Positions 7,196 to 17,249 are shown, counted from the first letter of the stretch. The stretch: 64,000 nucleotides of DNA from a virus (IMGVR_UViG_3300045044_000056:11262-75261), one strand, 5' to 3'. Translations and numbers: made by a program. Notes: generated by a model not told the origin, from the letters alone.

Positions 7196-8818
7196 TCAAA
7201 GCTGCGCCTCATCGAGCACCCGCCCGGGCCGCATGCTTTCATTGACGCGAAGGCAGGGGCTCGGCACGTTCGGGCCCTTTTTCTTTCCGGTCTTGACCGG
7301 TTGCTGGACAATTTCGACGACGCGCTCCTTGACCCAAGCGGCCAGAATATCGCGCGCCTCCTGCTCGCTGCATTGCAATTCAGCCTGGATCACGTAGCCG
7401 CCCCAGCGACTTGTAATGCGACTGCCGCGGCCTTCGGGGTTGGGCGCAAATGGATCACCAGTGCGATCACCAGCATCGGTCACGAAGCCGATGTTGAACT
7501 TGTCGAGAATCGCGTTGGCCTGCAGCTCGCTCATATTGTCGAAGGCACTGGGTGATCGCCATGGCAGCAGAATGCCAACCTCATCTGCCGGCTCCCCATC
7601 ATCGCCGGCATTCGGCAGACCAACCGATATTTTCTCAAACCACCTGGCGCGCTTGGTGACCAACGTGACATTGGCCTTGGCATCGTCAAAGCGCAGATAG
7701 CGCGCGCGCTTTTCGTCATCGATGTTCAACCTGGTGGCCTCTTCGACCGTCATGCCGAACAGCGTGCAGACAATACGGGCAACCCCAACCAACGAGCCGC
7801 CACCACGCGCAGCATCCATGTCGCCGGCCATCTGCTGAGCGTATTTCTTGGCGTGATGCACCAGCAGCACCGCCGTGTTGGTGCGACGCGCCACCTCGCG
7901 CCACAGCACGGCCGCCCATTTGAGCTCCGAGTTATCGTTCTCATCCCCGACAAAGGTCTCGGCAAACGGGTCAACGATCAAAATATCAAAGTGGTGCGTC
8001 ATGATGGTCGCCACGATCGCATCCATCACCGGCGTGCGCGTGACGGCCTTGGTGCGATGATCGGCCCGCGCAATCACAATGCTCTCAGGCTGCGCTGCAA
8101 ACGCGAGATTGGGCAGCTGTTCGAACTTCATCACCTTGGCAGCGCCATAAAGCCGGCGCTTCATCTCATCCTCGTCTTCCTCGGAATTGATCACCAATAC
8201 CCGGAACACACCGCGCGGCCGCCAGCCGCCCCATTCCGGCGTGCCGCTCGCACACACCATGCCGAGCTGCAACGTGAACAGCGACTTGCCAGAGCCCGGC
8301 GGCGCCACCAGCAAGGTGATGTTGCGCCGGAGCAAGAGGCCAGGCACCGCCCATGGCCGGCGCGGAATCGCTTTGCCATCGAGCGGAAATGGAAAGATGA
8401 CCGGCACCTCGGCCGGCTGCTGATCCTTGCCATTGATCTTCTGCGCACCATCGTCTGGCACCTCGTCGAGTATTTTCTCGAGCCCCGACGGCGGCGGAAC
8501 AGGCGGCGGTGCCTTGGCGACCTCCTCCGCTAAAATTTTCTGGATCTCATCGACGCCAAAATGCGCAGTCAGGTCTCGGCTCTCAGCCAGCGCATACAGC
8601 TCATCAAGTGCATCGTTGCGCGCAATGCCGTGCCAGCTGCTGAAACATTCATGCACACCGTTTTTCCAAACGGTGAACACCGCATCGCGCGCCTGCATCG
8701 GATGCAAGGCGGTCGACGCCGCAATCGACATGCTGCGCCCGATCGACGCGAAGCCCTCTGCATAGGTTCGCCCGATCGTCGCACGCTGATCATCGGACTC
8801 GTGGATCTCATCGACCAC
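7196..8818 (-). CDS. AAA_25/RepA-like replicative helicase-type ATPase
   Basis: Walker A APPGSGKS, Walker B ILIVDP, LLVHHAKK, RGGGSLVGVAR, DDAKAN. Confidence 0.85.
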   Translation of the reverse strand: MVDEIHESDDQRATIGRTYAEGFASIGRSMSIAASTALHPMQARDAVFTVWKNGVHECFSSWHGIARNDALDELYALAESRDLTAHFGVDEIQKILAEEVAKAPPPVPPPSGLEKILDEVPDDGAQKINGKDQQPAEVPVIFPFPLDGKAIPRRPWAVPGLLLRRNITLLVAPPGSGKSLFTLQLGMVCASGTPEWGGWRPRGVFRVLVINSEEDEDEMKRRLYGAAKVMKFEQLPNLAFAAQPESIVIARADHRTKAVTRTPVMDAIVATIMTHHFDILIVDPFAETFVGDENDNSELKWAAVLWREVARRTNTAVLLVHHAKKYAQQMAGDMDAARGGGSLVGVARIVCTLFGMTVEEATRLNIDDEKRARYLRFDDAKANVTLVTKRARWFEKISVGLPNAGDDGEPADEVGILLPWRSPSAFDNMSELQANAILDKFNIGFVTDAGDRTGDPFAPNPEGRGSRITSRWGGYVIQAELQCSEQEARDILAAWVKERVVEIVQQPVKTGKKKGPNVPSPCLRVNESMRPGRVLDEAQL

Positions 8819-8832
8819 GACCGGCTCCTGAC

Positions 8833-9504
8833 CTAGCTCTGGACGGTTTTGTGATTCCGTGTGTTAGCGAGCCACGGGAACTCTTGGCGCAACCGGTCGG
8901 CAGCCTGCTTGACGGTCGCATCGTTCGCCAGCGCCCTGCTCAAACAAAGCCACAGCTGATCTTCAATCAGGCGGTAGTCGACGAACTTGCGGCCCTCCGC
9001 TTCCTCCGCCAACCGCTTCGCCCGATAAGCATCATTGAAGTCGCGTAGCACACCGCTGCCCTTGAGCACGTCCATCACGGCGCGCGCGCGCCGAGAGAGA
9101 TCGCGCGTCTTGTCCATCACTTGATCGTGCCGAGATACCCGCTTGATCACCTCGGCGGCCTCAGCAACGCGCTCGACTATCTTGACGACGGTATCGAGTT
9201 CAGCCGAAACGATGATCGGCTCTTCAATGTTGGGAAACATCGCGAGCGGCGCGCCCGCAAGCCACACCGCGACCTCAAGCTGATCACACCATACCACCCA
9301 TTCCAGCTGGAAATTCTGCCCGCGCAGCCAGTTGTTTGTCTCTCGCAGATTGGTGCTTGGCCCAATCCGCAGCATGCCGCCCGGCCCGCGCGCAATGTAA
9401 AGCGCCGCCGTCTTGCTCGCGCGCAAATAGCTGTTGGTCGCCGGATCTGGTAATTCAACGGCCACTTGCTGCTGCCTCCAGTGTCGCCAGCATTTCTGCC
9501 TCAC
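8833..9504 (-). CDS. Hypothetical protein, weak GIY-YIG/T5orf172-like N-terminus
   Basis: LYIARGPGGMLRIGPSTNLRE; start uncertain. Confidence 0.45.
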   Translation of the reverse strand: MRQKCWRHWRQQQVAVELPDPATNSYLRASKTAALYIARGPGGMLRIGPSTNLRETNNWLRGQNFQLEWVVWCDQLEVAVWLAGAPLAMFPNIEEPIIVSAELDTVVKIVERVAEAAEVIKRVSRHDQVMDKTRDLSRRARAVMDVLKGSGVLRDFNDAYRAKRLAEEAEGRKFVDYRLIEDQLWLCLSRALANDATVKQAADRLRQEFPWLANTRNHKTVQS

Positions 9505-9640
9505 AGCGCGGGCAATAAACCCACAGCTTGCCGTCAGCGCGCAGAATCAGACGCAGCGCATCCATGGCGATCTCCCGATTGCACAATGAACACAGGCCAT
9601 CGGTGCGTAACCGTGGCGTGCCGAGCGAATGTAGGTCCAT
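9455..9640 (-). CDS. Small Zn-finger protein
   Basis: CSLC...CPRC. Confidence 0.55.
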   Translation of the reverse strand: MDLHSLGTPRLRTDGLCSLCNREIAMDALRLILRADGKLWVYCPRCEAEMLATLEAAASGR

Positions 9641-9643
9641 GAC

Positions 9644-10231
9644 TCAGAACACGACCTCCTCATCGGCAATCAGACCATCGGCGATGATCTCCGCCGCCTC
9701 AAAGCTCTGACGCAGAACTTGCTGAACCGAGTAGCGCCCACCAAACCAACGCTTCGCCATTAGTCGCTGCAGATCCAGCTCAAAGGCATTGGCATAGGTG
9801 TCGAGCTGAAACGCTAACAGCTGGGGAAAGCTCGCGCGCCGAAACAGATAGCGGCCTGGCCACACGATCGCCCGCCACATCAGGCTGATCTCTTTGGCCG
9901 ACGGCTGCTCGCGCCGCCGATTGCGTGTTGAGGTCCAGTCCTGGTAGGCCGCCAAAAACTCCTGAGATAGCGTGCCCTCAACCGCCATTTCCTGCATGTC
10001 GACCGACATGCGACCCATGAACCGATCCCAGTCGCATGAGAACGCCGGCCACAACGAGCCGACGTGCGCAGTGCGCTCGCCTGGCAGCTGCTCGATCGTG
10101 CGCCGCGCCTGCGCAAAGCGCGCAAGCACATGCGGCGCATTCCAGGCCTCCGGCTGATACTCAGGTGGAGGCAGCCCATCGAGCGGATGCCAATCATCAA
10201 TGACCTCGCTGCCGACAAACAAGCGTGCCAT
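9644..10231 (-). CDS. DUF6362-like phage protein
   Basis: WNAPHVLARFAQARRTIEQLP...WP...PSAKEISLMWRAIVW pattern. Confidence 0.5.
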   Translation of the reverse strand: MARLFVGSEVIDDWHPLDGLPPPEYQPEAWNAPHVLARFAQARRTIEQLPGERTAHVGSLWPAFSCDWDRFMGRMSVDMQEMAVEGTLSQEFLAAYQDWTSTRNRRREQPSAKEISLMWRAIVWPGRYLFRRASFPQLLAFQLDTYANAFELDLQRLMAKRWFGGRYSVQQVLRQSFEAAEIIADGLIADEEVVF

Positions 10232-10801
10232 CTAGCCTCCGCGAATGATGTGGATGATTGCTGCGAGCTGGTCGGCGAGCTTGCTATCGCCAAGCGCCAA
10301 CCGTTTCGCAACCGTACGAACCGCATGAAGGATTGATGTGTGATCACGCTGCATCGCTTTGCCGATCATGGTCGTGCTCATCCGGTGTTGCGGGAGGATC
10401 GAGAGCAAGTACGCACAGATGTGCCGTGGACCAACATCTTTGGCCATCCGGGACGGACCAACGAGATCGGCCTTGTGCAGGCCGAAGTGATTGCAAACCG
10501 CCTTCATGATCGAGTTGATGTCAGTTACTTCCGGCGCGCTGGCGACGTGCAGCACGTCGCGCCCAATCGGCGCTGCTGCGCTTGGCACTGCTGGCGGCGC
10601 TGCTACTGCTGGCGGCGCTGCTACTGCTGCCGGCTCGGGTGCCGGCGCCGGTGTTGCTGCAGGTGGCGGCCTGTGCTTGGCTTCCGCCGCTGCCGCTGCC
10701 CGCTCAAACCGTTTCAGCCGCTCCTGACGCTCCCGCCATAGCCGCTTGCGCAAGCTCTCGGTGGCCCGTCTCTCGTCATCGCTCAGCACCTCGATATTCA
10801 T
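10232..10801 (-). CDS. Standalone DnaA C-terminal (domain IV) DNA-binding protein with Pro/Ala linker
   Basis: IMKAVCNHFGLHKADLVGPSR...IGKAMQRDHTSILHAVR; start at 10801 after a GGAGGAG-like SD. Confidence 0.85.
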   Translation of the reverse strand: MNIEVLSDDERRATESLRKRLWRERQERLKRFERAAAAAEAKHRPPPAATPAPAPEPAAVAAPPAVAAPPAVPSAAAPIGRDVLHVASAPEVTDINSIMKAVCNHFGLHKADLVGPSRMAKDVGPRHICAYLLSILPQHRMSTTMIGKAMQRDHTSILHAVRTVAKRLALGDSKLADQLAAIIHIIRGG

Positions 10802-11243
10802 TGTTGTCTCCTCCCTTATTCCTTGGTCGTGGTAAAATCTCGTGCTGCTGCAGCAGCTCAACAGCGCTATCAATGTCGCTGCGGATCTCGTAGCGGACGT
10901 TGATGACGCCGCAATCTGTTTGGAATTGTTTTTGCGCTGGCGTTTGGCGGCCGCGGCGCGCCTTTAGCTCTAAGAACAGAAGATCGAGAGCCGCGGCCTT
11001 GTCTCGCCAGATGAACATGAGATCAGCCACACCCGGCCGTACGCCCATGGCCTTGAGCTTGGCCCCCAGCGCATCCTCGCGCAGTTCACCGTTTGGAATG
11101 TGCATCCAAATCACGCCTGGCCGAACCTGCCACCGCAGCCGCTCGGCCAATGCGATGTGCAGCTGCAGCTCCTTGGGTTCGGGCGCCCGGATCTTGCGCC
11201 AACGGCCTGAGAACAGCTCTTTCTGTTGCCCAGAAAACGTCAT
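10776..11243 (-). CDS. VRR-NUC domain nuclease
   Basis: HIPNG, GVRPGVADL, FLELKARRGRQTPAQKQF. Confidence 0.9.
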   Translation of the reverse strand: MTFSGQQKELFSGRWRKIRAPEPKELQLHIALAERLRWQVRPGVIWMHIPNGELREDALGAKLKAMGVRPGVADLMFIWRDKAAALDLLFLELKARRGRQTPAQKQFQTDCGVINVRYEIRSDIDSAVELLQQHEILPRPRNKGGDNNEYRGAER

Positions 11244-11483
11244 CTACCTGACACCCTGATTTTGGGAAAAATTTTTTTGTTGCTCGACGTCCTCATCCTT
11301 GCCTGGGAATTTCAAAGCTGTCCGCACCGCCCCCACCGCCTCGGCAACGCGCGCTGAGTTGACATCAAACATGTCGGCAAGCACCTGCAGGGCAACGCCG
11401 CGGATCAAATAGAAGTATGCGACCTTGAGTTTTTCCTCGGGTGTCAGCGAGGTTTTGCGTTCATAGCCGCGCGCTTCAGTCAT
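11244..11483 (-). CDS. Small HTH protein
   Basis: VALQVLADMFDVNSARVAEAV. Confidence 0.6.
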   Translation of the reverse strand: MTEARGYERKTSLTPEEKLKVAYFYLIRGVALQVLADMFDVNSARVAEAVGAVRTALKFPGKDEDVEQQKNFSQNQGVR

Positions 11484-12352
11484 GCAGCCGCCTCCGACAC
11501 TTCATTGCCCCAGGCATCCCAACCTGGCCGAGGTGGTCCACGCCGATTGAGTTCGATTTTTCGAAGATTTGGAAAGTAGCTCTCGATCAGTTCAAGAAAC
11601 TGCTCGGGCTTGGCTGAATGTTCCTTGCGCGCGATGGCGAATACCGATGGAAATTGATCGCCCATCGCAGGTGCAGGTATGTCACCCCTGGTGCCGACGA
11701 GCAGGAGTTCATGCCGATTGCGGAACCAATATCCGGTGCCAATGTGGACCTTGTCCCATATCGCGTGGCTTCGATATTCGAATCCCCAAGCCTCCATGAC
11801 GCGCATTGCATCACGCAGCATGGGCACGGTCGCCCACAAGAACAGAACGCAATCATCAGCGGCAATCGATGCAACATCTCGGCTGGCAATTTCATCGGTG
11901 ACGCTTGTCGGATAGTGATTGTCAGCTGCACGATCCATGCCCGTCTCACGACTGTATGGCTCAAAGCGCCATTCGGGGTCGGCAACGATGACGCCGTAGC
12001 GCTTGGCCGGGAGTGCCGCCTGCTTGGCGGACAGCTCGTGCTCGCGCTGGGCACGACGCTCGGCTTTGGTTGTCCCCTTTTCGGACACTTTTGTCCGCTT
12101 TCCGGACACGTCGTCATGGAGCGTCGATTTGCTTATCCCCAATGCCTTCGCCGCCTGCCGCTGGCTCACCCCGGCTTCGATCAGCTTGCTCGCCATCTCG
12201 CGCCGAGCCGCGACAGTCAGGCGCAATTTCTCCGGTGACGTATGGCCTTCCTCGATGCCCCAATCGACGAGATCGCGAATGTGAGTCAGCAAGCCGCCAG
12301 CGATTTTGGTGAAGCGTTCGTCGCTGCTCATGGTTTCAAAATCTCCGGTCAA
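11480..12352 (-). CDS. MT-A70 family adenine methyltransferase with N-terminal HTH
   Basis: YGVIVADPEW (DPPW variant), NHYPT, VLFLWAT, AWGFEY, RNRHELLLVGTRG, HSAKPE, ELNRR, GWDAWGNE. Confidence 0.9.
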   Translation of the reverse strand: MTGDFETMSSDERFTKIAGGLLTHIRDLVDWGIEEGHTSPEKLRLTVAARREMASKLIEAGVSQRQAAKALGISKSTLHDDVSGKRTKVSEKGTTKAERRAQREHELSAKQAALPAKRYGVIVADPEWRFEPYSRETGMDRAADNHYPTSVTDEIASRDVASIAADDCVLFLWATVPMLRDAMRVMEAWGFEYRSHAIWDKVHIGTGYWFRNRHELLLVGTRGDIPAPAMGDQFPSVFAIARKEHSAKPEQFLELIESYFPNLRKIELNRRGPPRPGWDAWGNEVSEAAA

Positions 12353-12714
12353 AATGGGAGAGTAACCGTGGCGTAATCGTCAGGATGAACACGAAGTTCG
12401 TAGAGATGTAGATAACGTGCCGGCACATTTTCATCGCCATCATCAAACATCAGATTTTCTACAGCCTCGTCATCGAGGTCATCAGCATCTAACTTCCAAT
12501 GTTCTTTTAATATGGCGCGAACAAAATCTAAGGCAGCGTGTTTGCTTGCAAACAGAATGAGTTCAATCACGTAAGGGCTATCTGTCCAGATTGGATCACC
12601 GGAATTGTACACGGCCCAGACATACTGTTCTGGAACGGCCAGCAAACGGCGCTTCATCTCATTTAGTTCACGGCTCGCACTCGATTGCCGCGGGGGCTGC
12701 GTATGACCTGTCAT
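12349..12714 (-). CDS. Hypothetical acidic protein
   Basis: Overlapping start/stop junctions on both sides; AT-richer than its neighbours. Confidence 0.65.
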   Translation of the reverse strand: MTGHTQPPRQSSASRELNEMKRRLLAVPEQYVWAVYNSGDPIWTDSPYVIELILFASKHAALDFVRAILKEHWKLDADDLDDEAVENLMFDDGDENVPARYLHLYELRVHPDDYATVTLPF

Positions 12715-13208
12715 TTCAAAATCTCCGACAATGGAATGAGAATGTTGCAGAAGCGGCCGCCGTCACCGCCACCTTCGTGATAGCGGCCTTGCCGATAAGC
12801 CTCGCGCGCCAGCTCTTTTAGCCGCTCGATTGGAAACATCAGATAGACAAGCGTGCGGCCATCGCGCCGCAGTTCATGTACCCAGCAGTCAGCTTCGGTG
12901 TTCGCAATGCCCGACGGGCGCCCGTTCTGCCGGTATTCGATGCAGATGTTGCCAGTCTGCTCCCACTGCCACGTCTCGCTTTTCAGCTCGATGCGCTCGA
13001 TGCGCATATGCTCAAAAATGTCGGCCAGGCGACGCTCGTTAATCAGCGCCTGATCGAGCTGCAGATCGAATTTACCGTCACGGTTAAAAGTGATCTTAGG
13101 CTGCACCGGCGCCGCCTCCCTTTCTATCCGTTCATAACCGGCACCGTTCTTTTTCTTTATGTCTGATAACTGACCTTCAGCTGATGACTGCGCATTTTTC
13201 AATTTCAA
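12711..13208 (-). CDS. Conserved phage hypothetical protein (possible PD-(D/E)XK fold)
   Basis: IELKSE...TGNICIEY...PSGIANTEADCWVH. Confidence 0.6.
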   Translation of the reverse strand: MKLKNAQSSAEGQLSDIKKKNGAGYERIEREAAPVQPKITFNRDGKFDLQLDQALINERRLADIFEHMRIERIELKSETWQWEQTGNICIEYRQNGRPSGIANTEADCWVHELRRDGRTLVYLMFPIERLKELAREAYRQGRYHEGGGDGGRFCNILIPLSEILK

Positions 13209-13579
13209 GTCGCACTTGACATTTGGTGTTTGTTGTTGCTTTGCTTGCCCGTTGGCGTTTTGCGTTTTGTGTTGTTGGTACTTCGTTGTCGCTTAGCCCG
13301 TCGTTGCAATGCGTTGGTTCGTAGATACTCATAAGTGGCAAGCGGCAGCGCTGAATCGGGCCGAAGTTCATGCCGTGGAATGCCAGTCAGCCGTTCAAGG
13401 TCGAGAACCCACTCCAACGGGCACATGGTCCACTGATGCACCGCCTGCGGCGCCATCCCCAGCTCGCGCGCAATGCGCGTGGTCTCACCACGCCGCGCAG
13501 TCACCCGCGCCCAGGTATCGCGAGCGCGCGCCAGCGCGGTTTTATGCTTCATTTGTCGAGGCTTAGCGGCCATTTTCAC
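13205..13579 (-). CDS. cro: Cro/YdaS-like repressor
   Basis: RIARELGMAPQAVHQW...LERLTGIPRHELRPD; divergent from the CI-like gene. Confidence 0.8.
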   Translation of the reverse strand: MKMAAKPRQMKHKTALARARDTWARVTARRGETTRIARELGMAPQAVHQWTMCPLEWVLDLERLTGIPRHELRPDSALPLATYEYLRTNALQRRAKRQRSTNNTKRKTPTGKQSNNKHQMSSAT

Positions 13580-13631
13580 GTCCGCCTCTGGTGTCGGCTG
13601 AGAGAATTCAAGCTATGGCTGAATTGGGGCG

Positions 13632-14426
13632 ATGGTCAAGAGGCGATTGAAAATGGCAGCTGACAAAGATCGCGGGCGGCGCAGCAGCCCCGGGAGCTTC
13701 GGCAGCCGGCTGTTGATCGCCCGCCGCAGCAAAAACCTCACCCAAACTGAACTGGGCGCCAAGCTTAGCGTTACTCCCCAAAGCGTCAGCCAATGGGAGA
13801 AGAACCAAGCCCGTCCGACCTATGACAAGCTCAAAGCCCTCGCCGGCATTCTCAACCTGCACGTCGCCGAACTGCTGGCAGACCCGCCCGCTGATCCGGC
13901 CGAACTGGCAGTCCGAACAACCCAGCTCACGCGCAAGATCGTCGACGTCACCCGAACGAGTGACGTCGCGGTCAAGACGAAATCCGTTAAATCACTTATG
14001 CCCAGAACGCTCGTCCAGATCGGCGAAATCCACGAGTTTGATCTCAAACCGAATATGACCAGTTTGAGCGAGGTGCCGGAATTTCGCAGCTGGCCATTGC
14101 CGCCGCACCTATTCGCCCACACGCGTTCGCCGCCCGATGTGCGCATCATGCGCTGCACCCAGGATACGCTGGCGCCGCAGTTTGCGATCGGCGATCACGT
14201 GTTCATCGACGGCAGCGCCAATAGCATTGTCGGCACGCGCGGCTTTTATATTATGAGCGACGGCTTTGCCGTCCTCATCCGTCAGGTCGAGCCGGTCGCA
14301 CAAAAGGACGGCGACGAGCTGTCTTATCGGCTCTCCAGCCCCAACCCGGAAGTCCCCGCGCGTGAGGTCAAAGCCACGAACCTGCGCATCCTCGGCCGCA
14401 TCATCGGTAAGGTGACGATGTATTGA
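13632..14426 (+). CDS. cI: CI-like repressor (XRE HTH plus S24 domain)
   Basis: LTQTELGAKLSVTPQSVSQWEKN; C-terminal DTLAPQFAIGDHVFID...ILGRIIG. Confidence 0.85.
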   Translation: MVKRRLKMAADKDRGRRSSPGSFGSRLLIARRSKNLTQTELGAKLSVTPQSVSQWEKNQARPTYDKLKALAGILNLHVAELLADPPADPAELAVRTTQLTRKIVDVTRTSDVAVKTKSVKSLMPRTLVQIGEIHEFDLKPNMTSLSEVPEFRSWPLPPHLFAHTRSPPDVRIMRCTQDTLAPQFAIGDHVFIDGSANSIVGTRGFYIMSDGFAVLIRQVEPVAQKDGDELSYRLSSPNPEVPAREVKATNLRILGRIIGKVTMY

Positions 14427-14430
14427 GCCT

Positions 14431-14471
14431 GATACGCGTATGTGTTATTGACATGATACGCATATGTGTTA
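14431..14471 (+). promoter_or_regulatory. Tandem operator-like repeats flanking a TTGACA -35 box
   Basis: GATACGCGTATGTGTTA (14431-14447), TTGACA (14448-14453), GATACGCATATGTGTTA (14455-14471). Confidence 0.6.
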
Positions 14472-14507
14472 AAGACGGGCTTGGTCCTCTCTGTGGGAAG
14501 CTTGGCA

Positions 14508-14813
14508 ATGACGCCAGCCCGGTTTGATTACTTGCTTGAGCATTTCCGCAAGCGCTGCAAGCCGACATTGAGTAAATCCGAACACCGCGAAGCCGTTGCA
14601 CGTTTTCTTGGCGTGGACGCGCGCACCTTACAACGCTATCGTCGCGGCCCCGGGCCGGTCCCGCGTACCGTAGCCATCATCGCCACGATCATGCACCGCA
14701 ATCCCAAGATCACCATCGCGGTGATCGAGGTCTGGTTGCGCGATACGCTGTTCGATTTTCCGCTGTACGATCAGACATTTTGTCCGATATTTCAATTCGC
14801 ACTTCAAATTTAA
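14508..14813 (+). CDS. Hypothetical HTH-like protein
   Basis: VARFLGVDARTLQRYRRG. Confidence 0.6.
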   Translation: MTPARFDYLLEHFRKRCKPTLSKSEHREAVARFLGVDARTLQRYRRGPGPVPRTVAIIATIMHRNPKITIAVIEVWLRDTLFDFPLYDQTFCPIFQFALQI

Positions 14814-14879
14814 CGAAAAAATAATTCAACCGTCACAACAGTTTCGCACATTCCTCAAGTCGAACTTGTTCTACGGCAT

Positions 14880-14907
14880 TTGACATAGCCAAAAGCGCGA
14901 ATATCCT
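14880..14907 (+). promoter_or_regulatory. Sigma70-like promoter for the recombination/integration operon
   Basis: TTGACA-16 nt-TATCCT. Confidence 0.45.
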
Positions 14908-15005
14908 TGTTGTTACAGCGCATCGGCTATTTCTCCAACGAAGGAAACCCGAGCACCAGTCCCTGCCGTCAACGTCGATCCAGCAGGGCCATGGAGAGAC
15001 GATCC

Positions 15006-15215
15006 ATGAATTCAGAACAACAGAAGAAGGTGGTCTTCTTGTCTGAAGAAGAGACGCCACCCGCGGCTGAATTGGTGCAGATGACGAACCAGTTTGGCGC
15101 TGGCCTGTTCCACACCGCCGACTACCTTTATGAATTCTATGGCGATGACGGATTCAAGTATTTCGTGAACCGCATGCGGCGCGTACTTGACAACCTCGCG
15201 GCTTCGCGCTCTTGA
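15006..15215 (+). CDS. Hypothetical protein
   Basis: MNSEQQKK... preceded by GGAGA. Confidence 0.6.
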   Translation: MNSEQQKKVVFLSEEETPPAAELVQMTNQFGAGLFHTADYLYEFYGDDGFKYFVNRMRRVLDNLAASRS

Positions 15216-15286
15216 TTAGGCGAAATTAAAGCCAAAATTGAAAAACTCAAGCCGTCGATGTAATGGCGGTCGACGGACTGTCGGCC

Positions 15287-16216
15287 ATGATCGAACGCAT
15301 CGCAATCGAGAGCCGCGAACAGTGGCTTGCCGCCCGCAAGAACGACGTCACGGCGAGCGTAGCCGCTGGCTTGTTCGCCGAAGTCCACCCCTATGTGACC
15401 CCGCTCAAGCTCTACTGGCAGCACAACGGCGTCGACTTCCCCGACGAAGAAAACGCCGTCATGCGCCGCGGCCGCCTGATGGAGTCCGCCGTCGCCACCA
15501 CCGTGCAAGACGAACGGCCGGACTGGCGGCTCGAAAAGTGCAACGCCTATTACCGTGACCCCGAGCTGCGCCTGGGCGCCACCCCCGACTACCTGATCCT
15601 CAACGATCCGCGCGGGCTCGGCGTGCTGCAGATCAAAACCGTGGAGTGGTCGGTGTTCGACCGCTACTGGCACGACGGCAACGTCACCCCGCTCTATATC
15701 GAGATCCAGACCCTGATCGAATGCATGCTGGTCGGCGCCACCTTCGGCGTGGTCGGCGCCATGCCGATGCCGCCATCGATCAATCTCTATTGCTGCATTC
15801 GCGATGTGCCGCGCACACCTGGCGCCGAAGGCCGTATCGTGCGCGCCGTCAAACAGTTCTGGGAAGATGTCGCCAATGGTCGTGAACCGCCGCCGGACTA
15901 CGGACGCGACGCCGACCTGATCAAGCTCATCGCCCCGCGCGAGTCGAGCGGAAAGATCATCGATCTCAAAGGCGACAATGAGCTGCCCGCGCTGCTGGAA
16001 CAACGCGAGCAGGTGATGGAAATGATCACCAACTACGAGAAGCGCAAGGAAACAATCGACAGCGAGATCAAATACAAGATGCGCGATGCCGAGCGCATCA
16101 TCGGGGTCGAGGATTGGTCGATCACCTGGAAGACCCATATCCAGCCCGAGCGCATCATTCCCGAGCAACCCATCCGTCGTTTCAGCGTTCGTCGCAAGAG
16201 GACAGCACATGGCTGA
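15287..16216 (+). CDS. YqaJ-like viral recombinase/exonuclease
   Basis: EQWLAARKNDVTAS, MRRGRLME, LGATPD, LQIKT, YIEIQT. Confidence 0.9.
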   Translation: MIERIAIESREQWLAARKNDVTASVAAGLFAEVHPYVTPLKLYWQHNGVDFPDEENAVMRRGRLMESAVATTVQDERPDWRLEKCNAYYRDPELRLGATPDYLILNDPRGLGVLQIKTVEWSVFDRYWHDGNVTPLYIEIQTLIECMLVGATFGVVGAMPMPPSINLYCCIRDVPRTPGAEGRIVRAVKQFWEDVANGREPPPDYGRDADLIKLIAPRESSGKIIDLKGDNELPALLEQREQVMEMITNYEKRKETIDSEIKYKMRDAERIIGVEDWSITWKTHIQPERIIPEQPIRRFSVRRKRTAHG

Positions 16217-17249
16217 ACAACAAGTCATCACCGCCCCGGCAAAACCAAACGCCTGGATGCAGCTGCGCGGCTTTCTCGACGCGCGCGCCAATGAAATCAA
16301 GATGGCGCTGCCGGCCCACATCTCGCCAGATCGGTTTATCCGCGTCGTGATCACGGCGGTGCAGCTCAATCCAGATCTACTGACCTGTGATCGCGGCACA
16401 CTGTGGAATGCCTGCATGCGCTGCGCCAACGATGGCTTGCTGCCGGATGGCACTGAGGCGGCGCTCGTGCCGTACAAGAGCAAGGTGCAATACATCCCGA
16501 TGTACCAGGGGCTGCTGAAGAAATTCCGCAACAGCGGTGAATTCAAATGGATCACCGCTGGCCTGGTCTACGAAAACGACGAATACGATCACTGGATCGA
16601 TGAGACTGGCGAGCATTTCCGCCACAAGCCCGCCGACGATCACGACAACAAGAAACTGCGCCGGGTTTATGCGCTCGCCACCACCAAGGACGGTGGCTCA
16701 TTCATTGCCGACATGTCGCTCTCCGAGGTCAACAAGCGCAAGGCCATGAGCCGGACGACGCGCGAGGACGCGCCGTGGAAGGCGTGGCCCGACGAGATGA
16801 TGAAGAAGACCGCGCTGCGCGTGCTGTCAAAGCTGTTGCCAAAGTCCTCCGACCTCGACGCGCTGATGCAACGTGATGAAGGCGCCCTGCTCGGCGTTGA
16901 GAGCGTCGATGATCGGCGCCAGGCGGTTGCCGATGCCGACGCCGGATCTGCGCTGCAGCAGTTCGCCCAGCAAGAGGCCGAGCAGGAAGCGCCAGCGCCG
17001 GAGCCACAACCCGCGGCAGCTTCGCCGACCCCGGAGCAGCCAGCACAGGCTGAACCAGAGCTTGATCTCGATCCAGCCAAGCTCAAGGCCGCCTTCGATC
17101 GCGGCCGCGAGGAACGTCGCCAAGGCGTGCGCCGCAACAAGCCGCCGGGTGAACTGCGCGATCCAGCTCGTGCGCAAGAGCTAGCGAGCTGGCACGACGG
17201 ATGGGACAGCGTAGGTCCCGAGGAAGAAAGCAAAGATGGAGGAAGGTGA
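16209..17249 (+). CDS. recT: RecT single-strand annealing protein
   Basis: ALPAHISPDRFIRV, CANDGLLPD...ALVPY, YIPMYQGL, WPDEMMKKTALR; follows YqaJ. Confidence 0.9.
   Translation: MAEQQVITAPAKPNAWMQLRGFLDARANEIKMALPAHISPDRFIRVVITAVQLNPDLLTCDRGTLWNACMRCANDGLLPDGTEAALVPYKSKVQYIPMYQGLLKKFRNSGEFKWITAGLVYENDEYDHWIDETGEHFRHKPADDHDNKKLRRVYALATTKDGGSFIADMSLSEVNKRKAMSRTTREDAPWKAWPDEMMKKTALRVLSKLLPKSSDLDALMQRDEGALLGVESVDDRRQAVADADAGSALQQFAQQEAEQEAPAPEPQPAAASPTPEQPAQAEPELDLDPAKLKAAFDRGREERRQGVRRNKPPGELRDPARAQELASWHDGWDSVGPEEESKDGGR

Noticed and set aside
8866-8874. Isolated AGCGAGCCA match
   Set aside because: A single 9-mer with no partner repeat at 18 nt; expected by chance in 64 kb.
11480-12352. DPEW instead of DPPW as a sign of an inactive MT-A70
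   Set aside because: All other motifs are intact and a single substitution at this position is not enough to claim inactivity.
15137-16555. 472-aa antisense ORF (and similar long shadow ORFs such as 19446-20207, 42797-43504, 49112-50026, 56933-57595)
   Set aside because: These are antisense or alternate-frame shadows of well-supported genes in GC-rich DNA and have no motifs.
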